The translations under genes and the position numbers were made by a program. From an uncultured Eggerthellaceae bacterium (GTDB lineage Bacteria > Actinomycetota > Coriobacteriia > Coriobacteriales > Eggerthellaceae), in NCBI GenBank assembly GCA_934630905.1, contig CAKTXN010000003.1, positions 2,838-66,837 of the forward strand: a DNA stretch of 64,000 nt. Direction: 5' to 3'. Shown piece by piece: positions 47,159 to 57,241 of the stretch. Every line of letters starts with the position of its first letter. The stretch's first letter is position 1. The notes below the pieces were generated by a model, which saw only the letters and a list, made by a program, of their open reading frames with translations, did not search any database and had not been told where the DNA came from.

Positions 47159-48505
47159 ATGAACTCGATGCAAGCAGATACTAATGGAAAACAGCAATGG
47201 ATGGTGCCTTTCGGCGCGCGTCCTTCGAACCTCATGTGGTTTTTAGTGCTGGTTGTTGTCCTATCGGGCGTGGTGCTGGGCTGGCAGCTTTCCAGCGGCA
47301 GCATCTCAACGCCTATCATTGCCAGCGCGGGTTTGATGTTCACCATTTCTTTGGTGCTGGTTATGCGCAGCATGGCAAACCCCGATTCCGTTCGCGCACG
47401 TCAAACGGGTGATATGCTCAAGCTCTCCCGTCAAACGCTGGCGTGCTTGAAGGGCGGGCTGGATGAGAAATCGGCGCAAAAGCTGTGTTCGCTTCTCTTT
47501 CCTAATACCGATGCCGTGTCCGTTTGCATTACCGATAAAGAATCGGTTTTGGGCTACGAAGGCTTGGGTCATTCCAGCTATAAGCCGGGCGACCCCATTT
47601 TCGCCACCACGATTGCAGCGACCGCCGAAGACGGCGAGCCGCGTACATTGCTCAGCCACGATGAAATTGGTTTCAAGGAGCCGCTTTACGGCGTAGAGGC
47701 AGCAATTGTTATGCCGCTGCGCGTGGGTAAACGCATTGAAGGCACGTTGACGTTCTTCTTCCATTCACCGCGCAAGATTTCGTCCACGCAAAAGACCATT
47801 GCGGAAAGCTTTGCCCAGCTTGTTTCCACGCAGCTTGCAGCAGAGGCGCTGGAAGGTCAGCAGAAACTTGCCACCAGCATGGAGCTGAAAGCTCTGCAAA
47901 GCCAGATCAACCCGCATTTTCTGTTCAACACTATTAATACTATCGCATCGCTTGTGCGCACCGATCCCAACAAAGCGCGCGTTTTGCTGCGTGAGTTTGC
48001 GGTGTTCTACCGCCGCACGTTGGACGATTCGTCTGATTTGATTCCGCTGTCGCGCGAGGTTGAGCAGACTATGCGTTACTTCTCGTTCGAGATGGCGCGT
48101 TTCGGCGAAGACCGCGTGGGCATTGAGCTGGATATTGAACCCGAGGTAGAAGACCTGATGGTTCCGCCGTTTTTGATTCAGCCGCTGGTTGAAAATTCGG
48201 TGCAGCACGCTATGCCCGCCGAAGGTAAGCTCACGGTGACCATTGGCGCACGCCCCGATGGCGACGACAACGTGATTATCTGGGTTGCCGATAACGGCGT
48301 GGGCATGACCGAGGAAGCATGCCAGAACATTTTGCATCCCGAAAGCGCACGCGGCATTGGCATTGCGGTGAAGAACGTGCACGACCGCATGTGCGGCTAC
48401 TTCGGTCCGGGCACCCATATGGAAGTTGCCAGCGAGCTGGGGTCGGGCACCACGGTGCGCCTGGTTTTGAACCGCGCCGCGCTTGAAGAATTCCTGCCAG
48501 AATAG
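47159..48505 (+). CDS. LytS/YehU-type sensor histidine kinase
   Basis: 448-aa ORF with N-terminal TMs and a GAF-like region. The His_kinase motif is QINPHFLFNTINTI. The HATPase region carries DNGVGM and GIGIAVKNV. Confidence 0.8.
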   Translation: MNSMQADTNGKQQWMVPFGARPSNLMWFLVLVVVLSGVVLGWQLSSGSISTPIIASAGLMFTISLVLVMRSMANPDSVRARQTGDMLKLSRQTLACLKGGLDEKSAQKLCSLLFPNTDAVSVCITDKESVLGYEGLGHSSYKPGDPIFATTIAATAEDGEPRTLLSHDEIGFKEPLYGVEAAIVMPLRVGKRIEGTLTFFFHSPRKISSTQKTIAESFAQLVSTQLAAEALEGQQKLATSMELKALQSQINPHFLFNTINTIASLVRTDPNKARVLLREFAVFYRRTLDDSSDLIPLSREVEQTMRYFSFEMARFGEDRVGIELDIEPEVEDLMVPPFLIQPLVENSVQHAMPAEGKLTVTIGARPDGDDNVIIWVADNGVGMTEEACQNILHPESARGIGIAVKNVHDRMCGYFGPGTHMEVASELGSGTTVRLVLNRAALEEFLPE

Positions 48506-48690
48506 CTGTTGAGCTCGAATGATTCTTCCCGAAGCAACGGCATTACGCAATTGCGCCGTAAACGTTACAAATCGGTGTAAAAACCATAGTTGCAGCGGTG
48601 TTTCGGTTGCCTACGGTCATAATTGGAACTTCAATGGTAGAATTGGCAGAATGGTTTAATGCAACGGAAGCGTTCTCGAAAGGCGTTGTG

Positions 48691-49245
48691 ATGCACGAAG
48701 ACATAAAAGAGGTTCTGTATACCGAAGAGCAAATTCAGCAGCGAATCAGAGAAATTGGCGCTGCTTTGACCGAAGAGTACGCTCCGCTGGCTGCTCGCGG
48801 CGAAAAGATTGTGCTGCTTTCGGTTTTGCGTGGCGCTGCGATTTTCATGTGCGACTTGGCGCGCGAGATAAAACTGCCGCTTGAAATGGACTTTATGGCT
48901 GTTTCTTCCTATGGCAACGGCGTGAAAAGCTCGGGCGTGGTAAGCATTATCAAAGACGTTTCTACCGACTTGAACGGCAAGCACGTAATTATTGCCGAGG
49001 ATATTTTGGACTCGGGTCTGACGCTTTCCTATCTGCTGAAAAACTTGAGCTCGCGTAATCCTGCATCGCTTTCCGTGGTTACGTTCCTGCGCAAGAAGGT
49101 AGAGCCGCAAGCTGATATTGAGTGCAAGCATGTGGGCTTCACCTGCAAAAACGAGTTCATTGTGGGCTACGGCCTTGACTATGCCGAGCGTTATCGCAAT
49201 TTGCCGTACGTAGGCATCTTGAAGCCCGAGGTGTACTCTGCATAA
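48691..49245 (+). CDS. hpt: hypoxanthine phosphoribosyltransferase
   Basis: The start was trimmed to MHEDIKEVLYTEEQI. The PRPP motif is VIIAEDILDSGLTLSYL. Confidence 0.9.
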   Translation: MHEDIKEVLYTEEQIQQRIREIGAALTEEYAPLAARGEKIVLLSVLRGAAIFMCDLAREIKLPLEMDFMAVSSYGNGVKSSGVVSIIKDVSTDLNGKHVIIAEDILDSGLTLSYLLKNLSSRNPASLSVVTFLRKKVEPQADIECKHVGFTCKNEFIVGYGLDYAERYRNLPYVGILKPEVYSA

Positions 49246-49422
49246 GTTTTGGTTTGCTTCGACGCACCCGCAAGAGGCGCTGGCGATTTTGCCGGTTTGA
49301 TTGTTGGATTGCGCGGAAGCGAATATGCAATAACGGGAGGCCCTCCGAAACGCTGGCGAAGAAGCAGGTCAAAGGCGCGAACGACAGAAAGTGCCACCCA
49401 AAACGAATAAGAAAGTTGTAGC

Positions 49423-51876
49423 ATGTCTAATCAGAAGAAAAACGAAAATCCGCGCGTAAACTTCTTCCTTGTGCTTATCCTTTGCTTCGCCTTCTTCTTT
49501 TTGGCGCAGCAGCTGTTTATGAATAAGGACTCGGAAACGGTCGATACGCTTATCACCTCGGATTTTGTGCAGGCGGTCAACGAAGATCGCGTGGTTTCGG
49601 TGGTGTACAACGCGGGCGAGTATTCCGTGTCCGGCAAGTATTACGTTGCCAGCACGGCGGGAAGCGAAGGCGCCGATGCCTTCAACAAGGGCTTTGAGGC
49701 GCTGAATTCCGCAGCGGGCGCGGGCGCAACTGACATTGTGGCGACCGAGGGCGTTGACGAAGCGAACTTGGGAACGTTGCATTCGTACACGTCTACCTAT
49801 ATTGGGCAAGACTCTCTGATGGAGCTTTTGAGCGAGCATCCGAATATCACGTATGAAGTAAAGCTTCCGTCGGCTTGGCTTGAGACGCTGGGCAGCATTC
49901 TGCCTATTCTGCTGCTGGCGGGCTTGATGATTTTCTTCTTCGTTCAGATGAATCGTTCCACAAATTCCCAGATGAACTTCGGTAAGACGAAGGCGCGCAA
50001 GGCGCAGGAAGAGCGCCCCGATGTGACGTTTGACGATGTTGCCGGCGTAGATGAAGCCGTGGAGGAAATGCGCGAGATCAAGGATTTCTTAGCTAATCCC
50101 AACAAATATAAGGCCATGGGCGCAAAGATTCCGCGCGGCTGCCTTTTGGTGGGCCCTCCGGGTACCGGTAAAACGTTGCTCGCGCGTGCCGTTGCGGGTG
50201 AAGCGGGCGTGCCGTTCTTCAGCATTTCGGGTTCGGACTTTGTGGAAATGTTCGTGGGCGTGGGTGCTTCCCGTGTGCGCGACCTGTTCAACCAGGCCAA
50301 AGAGGCAAGTCCAGCCATTATCTTCATCGACGAAATTGATGCCGTTGGTCGTCAGCGTGGTGCCGGTGTGGGTGGCGGCCACGATGAACGCGAGCAAACG
50401 CTGAATCAGCTGCTTGTTGAGATGGACGGCTTTGACAAGAACGACGCCGTGGTGCTTATTGCTGCTACGAACCGCGTGGATATTTTGGATCCCGCGTTGC
50501 TGCGCCCGGGCCGTTTTGACCGCCAGATTGTGGTGGACGCGCCTGACGTAAAGGGCCGCAAGCGCATTCTGGAAGTGCACGCCAAGAATAAACCGCTGGG
50601 TTCGGACGTGAATCTGGAGCGCGTGGCTTCGCTCACACCGGGCTTTACGGGCGCCGACCTTGCGAACCTCATGAACGAAAGCGCGCTGTTGGCGGCTCGT
50701 CGCAATAAGAAAATTATCACGCAGGCCGAGGTCTCCGAGTCCATGGAGCGCGTTATGGCTGGTCCCGAGCGCAAGGGCTTTGTTATGGATGAGCATACGA
50801 AGAAGACTATCGCGTACCACGAAAGCGGCCATGCGCTGGTTGGCCACCTGCTTGAGCATGCGGACCCCGTCCACAAGATTTCGATTATCTCGCGCGGCCG
50901 TGCGTTGGGCTACACGCTGTCCATTCCGCAGGAAGATAAGGTGCTGAACACGCTGGGAGAGATGCTTGACCAGCTGGCGGTGTTTATGGGCGGCCGCGTT
51001 GCGGAAGAGATTTTCTGCGACGACATTACCACGGGTGCCAGCAACGACCTGGAGCGCGCCACCAAGATTGCGCGTTCGATTGTGACGCAGTACGGCATGA
51101 GCGCCCAGCTGGGAACCCAGGTCTTTGGCCAGCCGAACCATGAAGTGTTCTTGGGTCGCGATTACGGCAACACGCAGGATTACTCCGATGAGACAGCGCG
51201 TCGTATTGACGCGGAAGTAGCGCGCCTGATGAAAGAAGCTCACGACCGTGCTCATGAAGTGCTTATTGCCAACGAGCAGCAAATGCACACCATGGCGGCT
51301 GTGCTTCTTGAGCGCGAGACCGTGGAAGGCGAGGCATGCGATGCTTTGCTGAACAACACGTGGGACGATTATCTGGTGCACGAGGTTGACCTGATTGCCC
51401 AGCGCGAGAAGGAAGAAGCCGAAGCGCGCACGCATGACGATGAGATTCTGGAGCGCATGCATGCTCAGCAGCAGGCCGAGGCCGCGCAGCATGAGCACGA
51501 TGGTAAGGGCGGTTCTGGTCCGCACCTTCCCGAGCCGTTCTTCGGACATGTTGATCCGTTCAAGCTGGAACGTCCGCAGGAGCAGGAAGTTTCCCGGGAA
51601 ACGTTGCCGCGCGCAGATCAGCAGGGTTCGGCGTCGCAGGCACAGGGTGCTCACGTGGCGGGTGCCGGTGCTGCTGGTGCTGCAGCTGCTGACGCTGCGC
51701 ACGAGAAGCCGCAGGAATGCCGCGGCCCATACCAGTGCGCGCCGCAAGTTCAGGGCGAGCCCGCTGTTTCGGGTGAAGCCGCTGGTGCTTCCGTGAGTGT
51801 GCCGGCTGGTGTTCAGAGCGGCGCGGCAGATGCTTCTCAGACGAACGAAAACCCTACGTCTGAACAGGAAAAATAA
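49423..51876 (+). CDS. ftsH: ATP-dependent zinc metalloprotease FtsH with a long low-complexity C-tail
   Basis: Motifs seen: [20 protein letters not shown], and HESGHAL. It has two N-terminal TMs. Confidence 0.95.
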   Translation: MSNQKKNENPRVNFFLVLILCFAFFFLAQQLFMNKDSETVDTLITSDFVQAVNEDRVVSVVYNAGEYSVSGKYYVASTAGSEGADAFNKGFEALNSAAGAGATDIVATEGVDEANLGTLHSYTSTYIGQDSLMELLSEHPNITYEVKLPSAWLETLGSILPILLLAGLMIFFFVQMNRSTNSQMNFGKTKARKAQEERPDVTFDDVAGVDEAVEEMREIKDFLANPNKYKAMGAKIPRGCLLVGPPGTGKTLLARAVAGEAGVPFFSISGSDFVEMFVGVGASRVRDLFNQAKEASPAIIFIDEIDAVGRQRGAGVGGGHDEREQTLNQLLVEMDGFDKNDAVVLIAATNRVDILDPALLRPGRFDRQIVVDAPDVKGRKRILEVHAKNKPLGSDVNLERVASLTPGFTGADLANLMNESALLAARRNKKIITQAEVSESMERVMAGPERKGFVMDEHTKKTIAYHESGHALVGHLLEHADPVHKISIISRGRALGYTLSIPQEDKVLNTLGEMLDQLAVFMGGRVAEEIFCDDITTGASNDLERATKIARSIVTQYGMSAQLGTQVFGQPNHEVFLGRDYGNTQDYSDETARRIDAEVARLMKEAHDRAHEVLIANEQQMHTMAAVLLERETVEGEACDALLNNTWDDYLVHEVDLIAQREKEEAEARTHDDEILERMHAQQQAEAAQHEHDGKGGSGPHLPEPFFGHVDPFKLERPQEQEVSRETLPRADQQGSASQAQGAHVAGAGAAGAAAADAAHEKPQECRGPYQCAPQVQGEPAVSGEAAGASVSVPAGVQSGAADASQTNENPTSEQEK

Positions 51877-51893
51877 GAAAGGAAACCTTCTTC

Positions 51894-53210
51894 ATGCAGT
51901 GGAAATGCGGTTCCTATTCCTTCGACACCAAGATGCCCATTATTATGGGCATCTTAAACCTTACGCCCGATTCTTTCTCGGACGGTGGCTTGTATAACGA
52001 GACGCAAGTGGCGCTTGCCCATGCGCGCGAAATGATTGAGCAAGGCGCTCACATGGTTGACGTGGGCGGCGAGTCTACGCGTCCGGGTTCTGCCCCCGTG
52101 ACCGAAGAAGAAGAGCTCGCGCGTGTTATTGATGTAGTGCGTACGTTGTCTGAACAGGGAATTTGCGTGAGCATTGATACGCGTCATGCATCGGTTGCGC
52201 AGGCGTGCGTTGAAGCGGGCGCAAGCATTATCAACGATATTTCGGGTTTTCGCGACCCTGCGATGATCCAGGTTGCCGCAAACTGCGATGCAGGTTTGGT
52301 CGTCATGCACATGAAGGGCGACGAGCCGGCGACTATGCAGCAATGTGCGGTGTACGATGATGTTGTTGCGGAAGTGCGCGATTACCTGCGCGATCAGGCG
52401 CGCATGCTTGAAGAAGCGGGCGTTGATCACGATCGCATTTGCATTGATCCGGGTCCTGGCTTTGGCAAGACCGCCCAGCAAACGCTTGACCTGGTGCGTA
52501 ACTTCCAGGAGTTCGTCCACTTGGGATACCCTGTGATGGCGGCCGTTTCGCGTAAGAGCTACATTGGCGCGAAATATCAGATCGAAGAAGCGTCTCAGCG
52601 TGATATTGCCAGTGCTGCCGAAGCGCTTTTGGCCTGCGAGCAGGGCGCGCATGTCTTCCGCGTTCATAACGTGGGTGTTCATGTGGAGGCGCTGAAGGAT
52701 TTGCGTCCGTATGCGCTGATTGCGCTGGGCTGCAACGTGGCGCTTGTTGCCGAACCTGGTGAAGAGCGTGAAGCAAAGATTGCCCAGCTCAACATGGCGA
52801 TTGGTGATTTGTGCGCGCTTCCCGATACCCAGATTATCGATGTCTCCAGCTTCTACGAGAGCGAGCCGGCGTATTACGAGGACCAGGATGTTTTCGTGAA
52901 CGCCGTGGTGTTGCTGCGTACGGGCATTCCGCCCAAGGAACTGCTGGATTATCTGCACGTTATTGAGAACAAGCTGGGGCGCGTGCGTACGATTGCGAAT
53001 GGCCCACGTACGTGTGACCTGGATATTCTTGATTATCAGATGTATGTGTGCGATACCGATATCCTGACGCTGCCGCATCCGCGCATTGCTGAGCGTGATT
53101 TCGTGGTGAAGCCGCTTTTGGAGATTTTGCCCGGCCATATCCTGGCCGACGGCTCTGCGGTGGATACCGTGTCCGAAGAGCAGCGCATTGGTCGTTCGTT
53201 CAAGCTGTAA
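51894..53210 (+). CDS. folP: bifunctional dihydropteroate synthase / HPPK (FolP-FolK fusion)
   Basis: The N-terminal half carries GILNLTPDSFSDGG. The C-terminal half carries GPRTCDLDIL and LTLPHPRIAERDFV. Confidence 0.9.
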   Translation: MQWKCGSYSFDTKMPIIMGILNLTPDSFSDGGLYNETQVALAHAREMIEQGAHMVDVGGESTRPGSAPVTEEEELARVIDVVRTLSEQGICVSIDTRHASVAQACVEAGASIINDISGFRDPAMIQVAANCDAGLVVMHMKGDEPATMQQCAVYDDVVAEVRDYLRDQARMLEEAGVDHDRICIDPGPGFGKTAQQTLDLVRNFQEFVHLGYPVMAAVSRKSYIGAKYQIEEASQRDIASAAEALLACEQGAHVFRVHNVGVHVEALKDLRPYALIALGCNVALVAEPGEEREAKIAQLNMAIGDLCALPDTQIIDVSSFYESEPAYYEDQDVFVNAVVLLRTGIPPKELLDYLHVIENKLGRVRTIANGPRTCDLDILDYQMYVCDTDILTLPHPRIAERDFVVKPLLEILPGHILADGSAVDTVSEEQRIGRSFKL

Positions 53211-53252
53211 GCGCTCGGGATTTCGTGGAGGGTTAAAGGTAGAAGGCGCAGC

Positions 53253-54035
53253 ATGGAATTCTATCGTGAGATAAGCTCGACGAACGATGTGGTGAAAGCT
53301 GCTCTGAAGCAAGGTTGTGAACAGGGATTTTGTGCTGCATCGCTGAAACAGACGGCAGGATACGGTCGTCAGGGGCGCTCGTGGTCAAGCCCTTTGGGTG
53401 GCTTATACTTCTCGGTGGCGCTTCGTCCGCAGGCGGATTTGGAGAAAATTCCCACGCTTGCGCTTCTGGCAGCGTTGGCTATTCGTCAGGGTATTGTCCG
53501 GCTGGATTTAGTGCGCAAGGGTGACGATCTGCTTATCAAGTGGCCCAACGACGTGGTTTTAGCGCAGCCTGATGGGACGTTTCGCAAGGTGTGCGGCATT
53601 TCGTGCGAATACTGCGAAGGCGGCGTGTGCGTGGGAATGGGCATTAACGTTTTGCGCCAAGCTGCTGTTCAAACGGATGGGCGCTATCTTCCTGGTTACC
53701 TGAGCGATGTTGCGGGGGCGCGCTTTCCCGAGCTTGCGGGCTTCGATGAAACAGGTGCGTTGAAAGAGTCGGGCGCGCAGCTAATAGCTCAAACCATTGT
53801 TGATATTTTAGTTGGTTTTATGCCGCAGTGGCAAGCGGAAGGTTTCGCGCCGTTCGCGGATAAATATAACAGCTGCTCCTATCTTTTCCGAAAGCGCGTT
53901 GCCGTGGCGAATATTATGGGCGACGTGCAAACGGAAGGTGTCGTTTGTGGCATAGATGCTTTGGGGCGACTTCTTGTGGAAACGCGCCAAGGCGAAATAG
54001 TACCGGTAATTGCGGGGGAGGCCCATCTTGTCTGA
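53253..54035 (+). CDS. birA: biotin--[acetyl-CoA-carboxylase] ligase (no N-terminal HTH)
   Basis: GRQGRSWSSPLGGLYFS and KWPNDV are present. Confidence 0.85.
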   Translation: MEFYREISSTNDVVKAALKQGCEQGFCAASLKQTAGYGRQGRSWSSPLGGLYFSVALRPQADLEKIPTLALLAALAIRQGIVRLDLVRKGDDLLIKWPNDVVLAQPDGTFRKVCGISCEYCEGGVCVGMGINVLRQAAVQTDGRYLPGYLSDVAGARFPELAGFDETGALKESGAQLIAQTIVDILVGFMPQWQAEGFAPFADKYNSCSYLFRKRVAVANIMGDVQTEGVVCGIDALGRLLVETRQGEIVPVIAGEAHLV

Positions 54036-54612
54036 GAAAGTCAAAAACACATCGCGCGCTCAAAGCATTGTGCGTATTGCATTAACCATTGCCATTATGG
54101 CGGTTTCTGCGTGGATCTCCATTCCTATTGGCCCGGTGCCGTTCACGCTGCAGTGCTTTGCGGTGGCATTTGCGATTTGTGTTCTTCCCGCAAAGGAATG
54201 CTTGGCTTCCGTTGGCGGGTATTTGGTTTTGGGCGCATTCGGCGTTCCTGTTTTTTCGAGCATGCGCGGTGGCATTTCCATTCTTGCAGGCGTGACAGGT
54301 GGCTTTTTGTGGGGCTACTTCATTGGCGCGCTTGCGGGTCTGGCTATTTTGGCGGCCTTCAAGAAAATGGGGAAGGATCGCACGTTTGTTGCGTGCCTGT
54401 GCGCGTGCGTTGCGTACCTACTGTGTACGTACTTCTGCGGAACCGTTCAGTTCATGGGCGTTGCGGGTGCTTCCGTTCAGGCGGCGCTGGCGGCGTGCGT
54501 GATTCCGTTTGTTGCGGTTGATGTTGCGAAGTTGGTTGCGGCCTCTTTAGTGGCGCGCGCCGTTGATCGCGCGGTGGGCATCAATCGCATTCAAGGCGTG
54601 CCGCAGAAATAA
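54010..54612 (+). CDS. bioY: biotin transporter BioY
   Basis: Protein with about 6 TM segments that overlaps the birA 3' end. VPFTLQ resembles the BioY P(I/F)TLQ motif. The start is uncertain; a TTG at 54028 is also possible. Confidence 0.8.
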   Translation: MRGRPILSEKVKNTSRAQSIVRIALTIAIMAVSAWISIPIGPVPFTLQCFAVAFAICVLPAKECLASVGGYLVLGAFGVPVFSSMRGGISILAGVTGGFLWGYFIGALAGLAILAAFKKMGKDRTFVACLCACVAYLLCTYFCGTVQFMGVAGASVQAALAACVIPFVAVDVAKLVAASLVARAVDRAVGINRIQGVPQK

Positions 54613-54634
54613 CCAGCGGACGATAGATGATGTT

Positions 54635-54672
54635 AAGGAGCCAGGCTCTGGTGGAGCTTGGCTCCTTTTTTG
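54635..54672 (+). terminator. rho-independent terminator of bioY
   Basis: Stem AAGGAGCCAGGCTC ... GAGCTTGGCTCCTT followed by a T-run. Confidence 0.75.
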
Positions 54673-54742
54673 TTTCTAGGCTCGTGAGCCTGCCCGGCGC
54701 GCGCAGCGCATCGGTCAATAAACCACCCGCTATGTGGGTGCG

Positions 54743-56032
54743 CTATCTTGGCAGGCTCTTCTCGTCGAGCAGGAAATCGAGAACGGACATGGTTAGGATT
54801 CCGCTGTCGTCATAGGTCGGCTTCACCACATCACGCACAAGCACGATCTTGCTGAAGCTATCGGGCACCTCGCGAAGCGGGGCCTTCTCTTGGCGTTCCT
54901 TCTCCTCGTCCGGCAGGTGCAGCGCCGACTGTATGTAGTAGCGCCGTGAGCCCAGGTTCGCCACGAAGTCCACCTCGAGCTGCTTGCGCACGACCCTGCC
55001 GTCGATGCGCGCAGCCTTCTCGACGGAGCCGACATCGACCGAAAAGCCCCTTGAGCGCAGCTCGTTGTACACGATGTTCTCCATGATGTGGGTCTGCTCG
55101 ACCTGTCTGAAGCCAAGCCTGGCGTTACGCAGACCGACGTCCTCGAAGTAGTACTTCTTGGGGCTGCCGATGTACGTGCGCCCCTTGACGTCGTACCGGC
55201 GGGCCTCTTCGATGAGGAAGGACTCCTCAAGATAGCCGATGTAGGTCGAGATGGTGCTCGCGGTGATCTTCGAGCCCAGAACGCTTTTGAAGGTCGCCTC
55301 GATCTTGGGAGGGTTGGTGAGCGAGCCGATGGATGAGGCTAAAACGTCCACCAGGTCCTCGAGCTCCTGGGTCTTTGCCACCTTGTTTCTGGCCACCACG
55401 TCTTTCAGGTAGGTCTCGGAGAACAACCGTTCCAGATAGCGGGACTTCTGCTCATCGGTGCGCATGCCCAAAAGAAGCGGCATGCCGCCGAAGACGACGT
55501 ACTCGGCCCATCCCTGGTACCTATCCCCCTCGAATCCCTGCATGAACTCGGAGAAGGAGAGCGGGCGTACGCGGACCTCGTCGCCCCTTCCGCGAAACTG
55601 CGTCATGACATCGGTGGACAGCAGCTTGGAGTTGCTGCCAGTCACGTAGACGTCGACGTTTCGCATGCGCAGCAGGCCGTTGAGCACGCCGTAAAGGCGT
55701 GGCGGCTCGTCTTTACGCAGCTCCCCATCGGAGATCGCGTACTGCACCTCGTCGAGCATGACGTAGTACTGCGAGGTCTTATCGGCGATCTTTGCGCGCA
55801 GATAGGCGTCAAGCGCGCCTGGGTCCCGCAGGCCCCTGTTCGCCTCCTCGTCCAGCGAGACCTCGATGATATGGTCGTCGTCGATGCCGAGCTCGCCTCT
55901 GAGGTAGCCGCCGAAAAGTTCGAACAGCAAGTACGTCTTGCCGCAGCGTCTGATTCCCGTGATTACCTTGATCATCCCGTTGTGCATCCTGTCTACCAGG
56001 CTGTCAAGGTATCTGTCCCTGCGCACTTCCAT
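54743..56032 (-). CDS. AAA+ ATPase (AAA_14/DUF4143 type) with C-terminal PD-(D/E)xK-like motifs, paralog D
   Basis: 429-aa ORF with AAGGAGA upstream. Walker A is ITGIRRCGKTYLL and Walker B is VMLDEVQ. The C-terminus reads IVYNELRSRGFSVDVG...EVDFVANLGSRRYYIQS. It is the closest paralog of B. Confidence 0.8.
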   Translation of the reverse strand: MEVRRDRYLDSLVDRMHNGMIKVITGIRRCGKTYLLFELFGGYLRGELGIDDDHIIEVSLDEEANRGLRDPGALDAYLRAKIADKTSQYYVMLDEVQYAISDGELRKDEPPRLYGVLNGLLRMRNVDVYVTGSNSKLLSTDVMTQFRGRGDEVRVRPLSFSEFMQGFEGDRYQGWAEYVVFGGMPLLLGMRTDEQKSRYLERLFSETYLKDVVARNKVAKTQELEDLVDVLASSIGSLTNPPKIEATFKSVLGSKITASTISTYIGYLEESFLIEEARRYDVKGRTYIGSPKKYYFEDVGLRNARLGFRQVEQTHIMENIVYNELRSRGFSVDVGSVEKAARIDGRVVRKQLEVDFVANLGSRRYYIQSALHLPDEEKERQEKAPLREVPDSFSKIVLVRDVVKPTYDDSGILTMSVLDFLLDEKSLPR

Positions 56033-56061
56033 GTCCGTCTCCTTCTTAGTTTCATTTAGTG

Positions 56062-56090
56062 ATTATGTCACATGTTGCATTTTCGCTCAA
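56062..56090 (-). promoter_or_regulatory. candidate promoter of ATPase D
   Basis: Read on the minus strand: TTGAGC (56090-56085), a 17-nt spacer, then CATAAT (56067-56062). The -35 and spacer are identical to 57249-57270. Confidence 0.5.
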
Positions 56091-56139
56091 TGAAAATCTT
56101 AGAGCAGCGTGGGTAGGAAAGCGTCTTCGTCGCGGTAGA

Positions 56140-57039
56140 TCACTCTGGATCGTATGAGATTCGGAAGTAGTCGAGCATCGCCTTGAACCGATCCTGCGCG
56201 GCCAGGCAGGTATCCGTAAGGAACCCTTGCTCGTAATCCCATTCCGAGAGCCCCCGGTAGTAGAAGGCCTTCATGTCGTCGGCGATGACGAACGGCACCA
56301 CGCGGCTGGCGAGGCATTCTTTGAACATGACGAGCCTGCCCACACGGCCGTTGCCGTCTTGGAAGGGGTGAATGCGCTCGAAGGCCACATGGAAACCCAG
56401 GATGCTGGCGAAGGAGTGCTTTTTTCGGGGATCGTACTCCTTCAAAAGGGCGCTTACCTCCCGGTCGACGTCTTCGGGCTGCGTTGTCTTACGGCCTGCC
56501 ACCTCGTTGGGTAGGCGCTTGTAGTCGCCGACGGCGAACCAGTCCTTGGCCGAGTCGGTCGTGCCCGCCTTCAAGATGCGGTGCAGCTCCTTTACCATCC
56601 CCTCAGACAGGGGTTGTTGCGCATGGTCGATGACGTAGTCGACGGCGCGGAAGTGGTTCTGGGTCTCCAGGATGTCGTCTATCCGGACGGGCCCGTTGCC
56701 GGCGCCGATCGTAGCCGTCTCGAAGATGAGCCTGGTCTGGTCAAGCGACAGCCTGCTTCCCTCGATGCGGTTGGAGTTGTAGGCGAGCTCGACCTGGATC
56801 TTGTGGTATATGCCGCCCTTGGTCCTGGACGCTTTCTCTTCCCGAAGGCGCGAGAGCAGGGGGCTGTCCGCTTGTCTCTTCGCGTTCGAGCGGGCGGGCT
56901 TTTCCGCGTCCGCGGGTATGTTCCAGGTCTTCCCCGTGAGAAAAGCGCCGGGCACGCGGCCTTGGGCGCAATAGTTTCGCACGCTCCTCTCGGAAACGCC
57001 CCAGATTTCAGCTATCTCGGCTGCGGAAAGAAACCCCAT
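56140..57039 (-). CDS. HTH-Fic protein (AMPylase family) with an intramolecular inhibitory motif
   Basis: The Fic motif is HPFQDGNGRVGR. SNRIEG fits the inhibitory [ST]xxxE[GN] motif. The N-terminal HTH reads LSAAEIAEIWGVSERSVRNYCAQGRV. The start was trimmed to MGFLS (57039). The track ORF starts at 57066. Confidence 0.85.
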   Translation of the reverse strand: MGFLSAAEIAEIWGVSERSVRNYCAQGRVPGAFLTGKTWNIPADAEKPARSNAKRQADSPLLSRLREEKASRTKGGIYHKIQVELAYNSNRIEGSRLSLDQTRLIFETATIGAGNGPVRIDDILETQNHFRAVDYVIDHAQQPLSEGMVKELHRILKAGTTDSAKDWFAVGDYKRLPNEVAGRKTTQPEDVDREVSALLKEYDPRKKHSFASILGFHVAFERIHPFQDGNGRVGRLVMFKECLASRVVPFVIADDMKAFYYRGLSEWDYEQGFLTDTCLAAQDRFKAMLDYFRISYDPE

Positions 57040-57241
57040 AGGGTTGTACCCCCCCCTTATCGGCAAAAAACATCGTGGGTTTATTATAGCAAATAGCGTT
57101 ATTTATTGCCGTTATCGGCAAAATTCTTTATTTCTACCTGTTCAGTCGGTATTCGCGGGAAAATGCTTCCAAGTCGCGTTCCCTTCCGCACATCCCTTGT
57201 GCAGCCAAAGGCGACCTACGAACAGGGGCTCGCGATTTTTG

